Shown: positions 58,748-64,000 of the stretch, in pieces
How the letters are laid out: every line of letters starts with the position of its first letter
Numbering within the stretch: the stretch's first letter is position 1
From: an uncultured Alphaproteobacteria bacterium
GTDB taxonomy: Bacteria; Pseudomonadota; Alphaproteobacteria; RF32; CAG-239
Direction: 5' to 3'
DNA length: 64,000 bases
Assembly: GCA_944391445.1 (NCBI GenBank)
Contig: CALXTL010000006.1
Span: 21,123 to 85,122, forward strand
Notes under the pieces: generated by a model
The model's input: only the letters and a program-made list of their open reading frames with translations
Databases searched by the model: none
What the model was told of the DNA's origin: nothing
Translations under genes and position numbers: made by a program

Positions 58748-59683
58748 TTATAACTCCAGACGGTAAAAATTATAAGCAACGCTGCGGGCGCCGAAACTTT
58801 CTTTCTGGGCACACAGACCGGTATTGAACACAGTACCGTTTTGCTCGGTAGAGATACCGAAATCAAACCATTTCTTTTTCCCCTGAAAATAATCAATCAA
58901 GTGCTTGATCAAAAGATCCAGACCGCCGATTTGTCTGGCAGTTTCGTTAGCAGCCAGATATTGCGTATGCACGCAGTTTGAGTATATAAAAACAAGGGCG
59001 CCGGCAATCATTTGTCCGCCATGCATTGCCGTCCATAAACGAATATTTTCCGGAAAGCGGGATTTCAGTAATACCAGCTCGGCAGCCGTATGTACGGCTT
59101 TGGTTTGATGATGCTGCCACAAAACCTGATTTTCCAGCCGGATAAAATTTTCAAAATCTTCCGATTCCGCAACAGAAACATTTTCCCGCCGGGCACGGGC
59201 AATTTGTGCTTTTCGGCCTTTAGACATTTTTTGCGGATTTTCCAGATCAATAACTGAAGCAACATCGCTTCGCCATAAATTGGCGCCGTGTTGCAGCAAT
59301 GGCCATAAATATTCTTCCGCCGGAATAAGATGATAAATATAAGGAACGCTTTTATAAATAAATTCATGGATTTTGCGGTCGTGCAGATAAGTTATCAAAG
59401 CGTCGACACAATCGTTAATATGATGTTGTTTGGTTTCCGGCGCAGTGAAAAAGCCGCCGTAAGTCAGCCCGCCGTGCGAGCAGAGGACGCCGTCTTGTAC
59501 CGAGGCCGGCAGCAAAGCAACCAGTTTGTCATCGTCATAAAACAATAGTGAAAAATCAGTAAAACGGTCGGCATGATATTCCATAAAATTGCGATGGAAC
59601 ATAAACATCGGTGATTTTGAACGATCAATAAAATCATCCCATATGTCATGAAATTCCTGGGTATATTGAAAAATTCTAATCAT
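58748..59683 (-). CDS. FemAB/GNAT-like acyl- or aminoacyl-transferase
   Basis: True start is MIRIFQYTQEF at 59683 (ATGATTAG overlap with the fdtA-like stop). The longer track ORF is an out-of-frame overlap of the upstream gene. 'KGRKAQIARARR' is FemAB-like. Confidence 0.4.
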   Translation of the reverse strand: MIRIFQYTQEFHDIWDDFIDRSKSPMFMFHRNFMEYHADRFTDFSLLFYDDDKLVALLPASVQDGVLCSHGGLTYGGFFTAPETKQHHINDCVDALITYLHDRKIHEFIYKSVPYIYHLIPAEEYLWPLLQHGANLWRSDVASVIDLENPQKMSKGRKAQIARARRENVSVAESEDFENFIRLENQVLWQHHQTKAVHTAAELVLLKSRFPENIRLWTAMHGGQMIAGALVFIYSNCVHTQYLAANETARQIGGLDLLIKHLIDYFQGKKKWFDFGISTEQNGTVFNTGLCAQKESFGARSVAYNFYRLEL

Positions 59684-60101
59684 GAGCAACCTCATGCAAA
59701 AAAAGAGCGTAGTCCCGGATATAGTCTGCTTCATCATAATGTTCGGAAGCCAACACCATGAGAACGCAATCTGCAGAAAAATGAGTAAATTCCCGCCAAA
59801 TATTATGCCGAAGATAAAGTCCTTGCGCCGGATTGTCAAGATGCACAACTGTGCGCCGGCAGCCGTCATCCAGAACAAAATCACAGCTGCCGGCCAGGCA
59901 GAGGATAACCTGTTCAAGCTGGCGGTGGGCATGTTTTCCGCGGATGGCATCATAAGATGTTCCCCAAATGTAATAAACCCGCTTAACGGCAAAGGGGAAA
60001 TCCGCTCCTGCTTCCAAAGCGACCAGATTTCCCCTGAGATCACCGTGTATTTTGAAGTCAAGTAATTGATACATTGAGCCCGTACCATAAGGTTGATGCA
60101 T
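59676..60101 (-). CDS. WxcM/FdtA-like cupin (dTDP-4-keto-6-deoxyhexose 3,4-ketoisomerase type)
   Basis: 'DLRGNLVALE...PFAVKRVYYIWGT...RGKHAHRQLEQVILCLAGS'. Possible starts are TTG 60107, ATG 60101 and ATG 60074. Confidence 0.7.
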   Translation of the reverse strand: MHQPYGTGSMYQLLDFKIHGDLRGNLVALEAGADFPFAVKRVYYIWGTSYDAIRGKHAHRQLEQVILCLAGSCDFVLDDGCRRTVVHLDNPAQGLYLRHNIWREFTHFSADCVLMVLASEHYDEADYIRDYALFLHEVAHD

Positions 60102-60121
60102 GTTCAAAACAGCCCGAATTA

Positions 60122-60136
60122 ACGGACGTTAGATTT
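60122..60136 (+). repeat. IR-L of the invertible cassette (ACGGACGTTAGATTT)
   Basis: Perfect reverse complement of 60234-60248. Confidence 0.9.
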
Positions 60137-60203
60137 CCGAGTTATAATGCAAAGTCTGAAAAAAAGCGAAACCGAAGAAACAAGCGCGGCAGAGAAATTT
60201 TTA

Positions 60204-60232
60204 TTGCAAACAAAATTAAACTAAAGTATAAG
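60204..60232 (+). promoter_or_regulatory. sigma70-type promoter TTGCAA-17-TATAAG inside the cassette
   Basis: Hexamers at 60204-09 and 60227-32 with a 17-nt spacer. The -10 ends 1 nt before IR-R. Confidence 0.55.
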
Positions 60233-60233
60233 A

Positions 60234-60248
60234 AAATCTAACGTCCGT
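60234..60248 (+). repeat. IR-R of the invertible cassette (AAATCTAACGTCCGT)
   Basis: Perfect reverse complement of 60122-60136. Its last base is part of the recombinase stop codon. Confidence 0.9.
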
Positions 60249-60853
60249 CAGATTTTCCGATCTTTTGCCCGGGACAGGAAGTTATAAATTGTTTTCGTGC
60301 TGACCCCGACAGATTCAGCGATTCGCGTTTTAGAAACTCCCTGAGCCAGAAGTTGAAATATTTCATTTTCTTTACCGTCCAAAACATGTTTTTTGTTTTT
60401 ACTGCCGAAAGCGCGGCCGAGCTTGTGCCCGCAGGATTTAAGACGCAGCAGGGATTCTCTGGTTCTCTGGCTGATGAGGTCTCGTTCAATTTCCGCGGCC
60501 AGCCCGAAGGCAAAAGCCAGAACCTTGCTTTGCAAATCGGCTCCGAGTTTATAATTGTCTTTAATTGTCCGTACCTGAACATTTTTCTGCATGCAAATGT
60601 TTAATATAGACATAATCTGAAATAAATTGCGCCCCAGCCTGGAAATCTCCGAAGCAATCAGAATATCGCCGGATTTCAGCCGTCGCAGCAAGACGCCCAA
60701 ACGCCGTTCTTCAAAACTTTTGCTGCCGCTGACGGTTTCCCGGATCCAGCAGTCAATCAAAAAATTTTCCCGTTGGCAAAAATTGATGATTTCAAATTCC
60801 TGATTATCAAGATTCTGTTTCCCTGTACTCACTCTGATATAGCCGTATATCAT
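60248..60853 (-). CDS. small serine recombinase / DNA invertase (Hin/Mpi-like)
   Basis: 'MIYGYIRVSTGKQ' (nucleophile Ser), 'SGDILIASEISRLGRN', 'EIERDLISQRT' and the C-terminal HTH 'GVSKTRIAESVGVSTKTIYNFL'. Strong AAAGGAGGAG SD. Confidence 0.85.
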   Translation of the reverse strand: MIYGYIRVSTGKQNLDNQEFEIINFCQRENFLIDCWIRETVSGSKSFEERRLGVLLRRLKSGDILIASEISRLGRNLFQIMSILNICMQKNVQVRTIKDNYKLGADLQSKVLAFAFGLAAEIERDLISQRTRESLLRLKSCGHKLGRAFGSKNKKHVLDGKENEIFQLLAQGVSKTRIAESVGVSTKTIYNFLSRAKDRKI

Positions 60854-60963
60854 GACTCCTCCTTTGCTTATGATAAGAATTTATTGTTTGGAAAAGTTTG
60901 GGCAAAAAAGTCGAAACCGGCAGGCAAAATAAAATCCGAAACAGCTTTATGGCATAGCCGTTC

Positions 60964-60975
60964 CGGATTATATCA
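60964..60975 (-). promoter_or_regulatory. candidate extended -10 promoter (TGaTATAAT) for the invertase gene
   Basis: The minus strand reads TTGTTTGATATAATCC about 115 nt upstream of the ATG. The -35 is poor. Confidence 0.3.
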
Positions 60976-60994
60976 AACAAGTGTGAGGGAAAAA

Positions 60995-62059
60995 TTATTT
61001 GTGCAAATTTTCCCTGAAGAATTTTTCTATTTTATCAAAAGGGATGACATCCATTTTATAATACAAATCCGTATGATTGGCATTTGGGATAATCATCAGT
61101 TCTTTATTATTGCCCGTAAGTTTTTTAAAAGCATCTTCCGAGAAATAGCGGCTGTGTGCTTTTTCGCCGTGTATCATCAAAACCGGATTTTTGATGCTGT
61201 AACTATAAGACAAAATCGGCTGTGTAATTAAAGACAAAGCAGAAGTGGCATTCCATGCTCCGTTAGAACCGATTGAACGCTTATGAAATCCGAGCGGTGT
61301 TTTATAAAAATTAACATAGTCTTTGACAAATTGCGGCTCATCACCGGTCAGCTTATCTGGCAGCGGTGCCGCCTTGGCATGAATACCAGTTTGAGCATCT
61401 TGCGTCCGCAGATTGTTCAGCTCTTTGCGCATTTCATACAAATCTTCATCAGACATGGAGTCGTTATAACCTCTGGCCGTAACGCGTGTCATATCATACA
61501 TAGTTGAGGTGACGGTTGCTTTGATGCGTGTATCCTGAGCGGCGGCATTCAGGCCAAAGCCGCCAAAACCGCAAATGCCGATAATGCCGATTTTATCGGG
61601 ATCAACTTCCGGCAAGGTGAGCAGATAGTCGACAGCCGCGCTGAAGTCATCGGTGTTAATATCGGGCGAAGCCACATCGCGGACAGCGCCGCCGCTTTCA
61701 CCGGTGAAAGAAGGATCAAAAGCCAGGGTAATAAAACCTCTTTCGGCCAAAGTCTGAGCATATCGGCCCGACACCTGTTCCTTAACAGCACCAAATGGCC
61801 CCGATACGGCAATGCCCGGCAAAGGAGCGTTGCCTTTATTTTTTGGCAGGTACAAATCACCGGCCAAGGGAATGCCAAAACGATTCTTGAAAACAACTTT
61901 ATGCGTATCGACTTTATCACTTTTCGGAAAAGTTTTATCCCACTCTTTGCTTAAAATAAGTTGTTTGTCAGTGTCTTTGAAAAATCCGAAAAAATAAAAT
62001 GCCGCACTGGTCAATAAGACGCCGACGGCCACAGAACCGAGAATTGTCATCATTTTCAT
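60995..62059 (-). CDS. alpha/beta-hydrolase-fold protein with N-terminal TM anchor
   Basis: 354 aa. 'IGIIGICGFGGFG' is nucleophile-elbow-like (GxCxG), and 'NANHTDLY' is a C-terminal His region. Confidence 0.6.
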   Translation of the reverse strand: MKMMTILGSVAVGVLLTSAAFYFFGFFKDTDKQLILSKEWDKTFPKSDKVDTHKVVFKNRFGIPLAGDLYLPKNKGNAPLPGIAVSGPFGAVKEQVSGRYAQTLAERGFITLAFDPSFTGESGGAVRDVASPDINTDDFSAAVDYLLTLPEVDPDKIGIIGICGFGGFGLNAAAQDTRIKATVTSTMYDMTRVTARGYNDSMSDEDLYEMRKELNNLRTQDAQTGIHAKAAPLPDKLTGDEPQFVKDYVNFYKTPLGFHKRSIGSNGAWNATSALSLITQPILSYSYSIKNPVLMIHGEKAHSRYFSEDAFKKLTGNNKELMIIPNANHTDLYYKMDVIPFDKIEKFFRENLHK

Positions 62060-62108
62060 GCTTTTACTGTCCTTTAAGATTGAAACCTAACAATTAAATG
62101 TATAATTT

Positions 62109-62124
62109 TTAGAGTAGACTCTAA
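62109..62124. promoter_or_regulatory. palindrome TTAGAGT-AG-ACTCTAA upstream of the hydrolase gene (possible operator)
   Basis: 7-bp perfect arms that overlap the TTGACT(-35)-like hexamer region on the minus strand. Confidence 0.3.
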
Positions 62125-62238
62125 GTCAATAACTTTATGCTGTTATTTTCACTCTGTGGAAAAAGGGCCGAGTAGAAATAATGCCCCAACGCCGCATTGC
62201 CCCATAGGGCAATGACGGCAACCAGTCCGGCAAAAAGT

Positions 62239-63108
62239 TTATTCATCGTATTTTTCCTCATAAATCGGTTTATAATTGTCAACATCGGCCTCTTTAATCA
62301 GGTTGATGGTTGTCATCGCATTGGCCAGCCCGATATAAGGAATGGCCTGCACCATCACCGCCAGCAGATATTCTTTGTCATTACCGGCTTTAAGTGCACC
62401 GACAACATGCGCGCGAAGCTGTTTTTCCGCGCCGAGAGTGGTCAAAATAACCAGCGCCAGCAGTTCGCGCTGTTGAACTGTTAAACCGCCGCGGGTATAA
62501 AAATCGCCGAAACAAAAGTCGGTCAGGGTATTGGGGACAATGTCTTTATATTCTCCCGGCAAAGATGCCATCGCTTTTTTTACTTCATTGCCATAAAGCT
62601 CCTTTTGGACAGCCAAGCCTTTTTCATGCCGGTCGGCATCTGTTGTCGTTCCGGTATCTGCCAGCGGCAGTTTAATATTTCTTTCCCGGGCAACTTCATT
62701 AAAAACGCCGATAGCGTTCAATGTCCGCGGAAAGCCGATAAACGGTGCGCATTGATAAATAGCCTCGCGGATTTCCAATGGGGAATTACCAACATTAAGT
62801 GCCGCGCCAATATGTGCTTTTAGCTGCGGCAGTGTCTGCATGGTTGCCAAAGCAACCACCGTCACCAGTTCACGTTCTTTATTATCCAGATTACCGGTAT
62901 AAAAAACTTCTCCGAAAATATTACGTTGCAAAATTTCCATAAATTCCGGATCAGTCGGATTAGGCGATCGCTTGTCCAAAAAAAGTTGTTCATAGGTTTG
63001 ATCGGCACGCTCGCTTCTAGTCATGTTTTCATTCTCCTTTGCGTTAACAAAACCGGCATGAAACACCAATATCATAAGTAAAACATAATGAAAAAATTTC
63101 ATGCGCAC
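62239..63108 (-). CDS. carboxymuconolactone decarboxylase (CMD/AhpD-like) family protein, tandem domains, signal peptide
   Basis: 289 aa with two CMD-like halves ('RELVTVVALATMQ...LKAHIGAAL' and 'RELLALVILTTLG...LRAHVVGAL'). Confidence 0.65.
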   Translation of the reverse strand: MRMKFFHYVLLMILVFHAGFVNAKENENMTRSERADQTYEQLFLDKRSPNPTDPEFMEILQRNIFGEVFYTGNLDNKERELVTVVALATMQTLPQLKAHIGAALNVGNSPLEIREAIYQCAPFIGFPRTLNAIGVFNEVARERNIKLPLADTGTTTDADRHEKGLAVQKELYGNEVKKAMASLPGEYKDIVPNTLTDFCFGDFYTRGGLTVQQRELLALVILTTLGAEKQLRAHVVGALKAGNDKEYLLAVMVQAIPYIGLANAMTTINLIKEADVDNYKPIYEEKYDE

Positions 63109-63184
63109 CTCCGAAAATTGGTTAAAGACTATTTATATTATGCTTGACACCTGTAGCAAAATACAATACCGTTTTTTTATAAAG

Positions 63185-63203
63185 CTATAAGTTAAATTTA
63201 TAG
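63185..63203. promoter_or_regulatory. LysR-type dyad CTATAA-N7-TTATAG (contains T-N11-A)
   Basis: Perfect 6-bp arms in the divergent CMD/lysR intergenic region. Confidence 0.5.
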
Positions 63204-63213
63204 TGAGTTTCCC

Positions 63214-64000
63214 ATGGAATTAACGCAATTACGTTATTTTAAGACTGCCGCGGAATGTAATAATTTCTCCGAAGCTGCGGAAAGACTGCATGTTTCCCAA
63301 CCGGCGCTCAGTCTTTCCGTTAAAAAGCTGGAAGAAGAGCTCGGCGTTCCGTTGTTTGAACGCTCAAAAAATAAAATATGTTTGAACGATGCTGGTCGTC
63401 TGGCTTTGACTTATGCCGAGGCCATACTTGCCAAAGCCGATGAGATGAAAAACACATTTTATCAGTTTATCCGCAGAGATAATGTACTGTTGCTTGGTTT
63501 TTGCGATCCGGGGCCGATGCGTTTTTCCGTTCCGCTGTTACAAAAACATCATCCGAATATTGATATCACTTCGGCTTTGCTGCCGGATGAAAACAATCTG
63601 GAAACATTGTTGCTGACACATCAATATGATGCCGTTATTTCCATCAAAAAGCCGCAAAACGAAAATATCATCACCATACCTTTCGCCGAAGAGGAATTGA
63701 TGCTCTCAGTTCCGGCCGGTCACCCTTTGGCAACAAAAAAAAGCGTCTGCCTGCATAATGAGCAGGATTTGCAGTTGATAAATTATTCCGGCGACGGGGC
63801 CTATGTTCGGCAGATAAAACCTTTCACCGATTGGCTGTCCGATAAATTCGGTATGAAAACTTATAATGATTATTTTGTTTTCCGTCAGTTGCTTAACAAT
63901 GACAACCGACTGTGTTTCACAACCAAACTTGTCCGACATTATCGCAACGACGGTGCCGATCGCGTTATAATTCCGCTTGAGGACGAAGGGCTAAAAGCAT
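63214..64000 (+). CDS. LysR-family transcriptional regulator (3' end beyond window)
   Basis: 'MELTQLRYFKTAAECNNFSEAAERLHVSQPALSLSVKKLEEELGVPLFER' is an N-terminal wHTH. The frame is open to the window edge. Confidence 0.85.
   Translation, partial: MELTQLRYFKTAAECNNFSEAAERLHVSQPALSLSVKKLEEELGVPLFERSKNKICLNDAGRLALTYAEAILAKADEMKNTFYQFIRRDNVLLLGFCDPGPMRFSVPLLQKHHPNIDITSALLPDENNLETLLLTHQYDAVISIKKPQNENIITIPFAEEELMLSVPAGHPLATKKSVCLHNEQDLQLINYSGDGAYVRQIKPFTDWLSDKFGMKTYNDYFVFRQLLNNDNRLCFTTKLVRHYRNDGADRVIIPLEDEGLKA

Larger units (their letters stand above)
60122..60248. other. putative invertible promoter cassette (127 bp including IRs), sequenced in the orientation facing away from the glycan operon
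   Basis: 15-bp perfect IRs, an internal promoter, an adjacent serine invertase, and no space for a fixed promoter before the operon. Confidence 0.6.

Noticed and set aside
59684-60088. The 446-aa version of the ORF at 58748-60088.
   Set aside because: Its first 135 codons are an out-of-frame overlap of the well-supported FdtA-like gene and have no family-like sequence. The ATG at 59683 gives the usual coupled overlap.
60119-60148. Hybrid promoter TTAACG-18-TATAAT on the + strand, with the -35 outside IR-L and a perfect -10 (60143-48) inside the cassette.
   Set aside because: It would fire into the cassette and away from any gene. The 18-nt spacer and 4/6 match at the -35 are mediocre. It is kept only as a note because inversion would destroy it, and it should be re-examined if TSS data become available.
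60137-60233. Possible intrinsic terminator inside the invertible cassette that would block read-through from the invertase gene in one orientation (the T7 run on the minus strand at 60161-68).
   Set aside because: The preceding sequence forms at best a 3-bp GCG/CGC stem, and I could not draw a convincing hairpin. Read-through control therefore remains open.
31840-60853. The two recombinase paralogues in opposite orientation as ends of a 29-kb invertible or mobile segment.
   Set aside because: The interval is full of essential or core genes (ctrA, ispH, rnhA, trmFO, fliI). The two loci carry unrelated repeat sequences, one paralogue looks catalytically dead, and there are no matching terminal repeats.

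Overview
This 64-kb chromosomal window comes from an alphaproteobacterium, judged by CtrA, ChpT, the HpnC/D/E hopanoid genes and TrmFO. It looks moderately AT-rich by eye. Most of it is housekeeping: gltX (3' end), cysS, prfC, tRNA-Leu(UAG), tig, clpP-clpX, a family-4 UDG, Slt, a cyclophilin, sodB, fliJ-fliI, ctrA, a DsbD/ScsB-like reductase, rnhA, ispH, an M16 peptidase, elbB, an SPFH protein, trmFO-hpnC-hpnD-hpnE and chpT-REC-cheR. Three glycan modules are embedded in it: a Gtr/Arn-like cassette between tig and clpP (6.7-11.6 kb), an orphan GT-like gene (35.9 kb) and a seven-gene overlapping operon (53.6-60.1 kb). No IS element, prophage, CRISPR array or rRNA was seen.

The best candidate system is at 60.1-60.9 kb. 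An intact Mpi/Hin-like serine invertase abuts a 127-bp cassette bounded by perfect 15-bp inverted repeats. The cassette carries a near-consensus sigma70 promoter that currently points away from the seven-gene 3-amino-3,6-dideoxyhexose-type glycan operon. This looks like a promoter-inversion phase switch caught in the OFF state.

The second locus of interest is at 31.3-32.4 kb. A paralogue of that invertase has lost its catalytic arginines but keeps the HTH. It sits behind a 580-bp repeat-rich, hairpin-rich non-coding region with a 17-bp direct repeat, a partial inverted copy, four GGGGAGC motifs and a promoter-to-terminator unit.

Other items worth a look:
- a secreted protein with eight 33-aa four-cysteine repeats
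- a retropepsin-like / 7TM-transglutaminase-like / RimK-like triad
- an AlbA_2 (Schlafen-type) gene wedged between ispH and rnhA
- a protein combining ParB/Srx-like and nucleotidyltransferase-like motifs in the glycan operon

All functional calls come from motif reading by eye. No database search was run.
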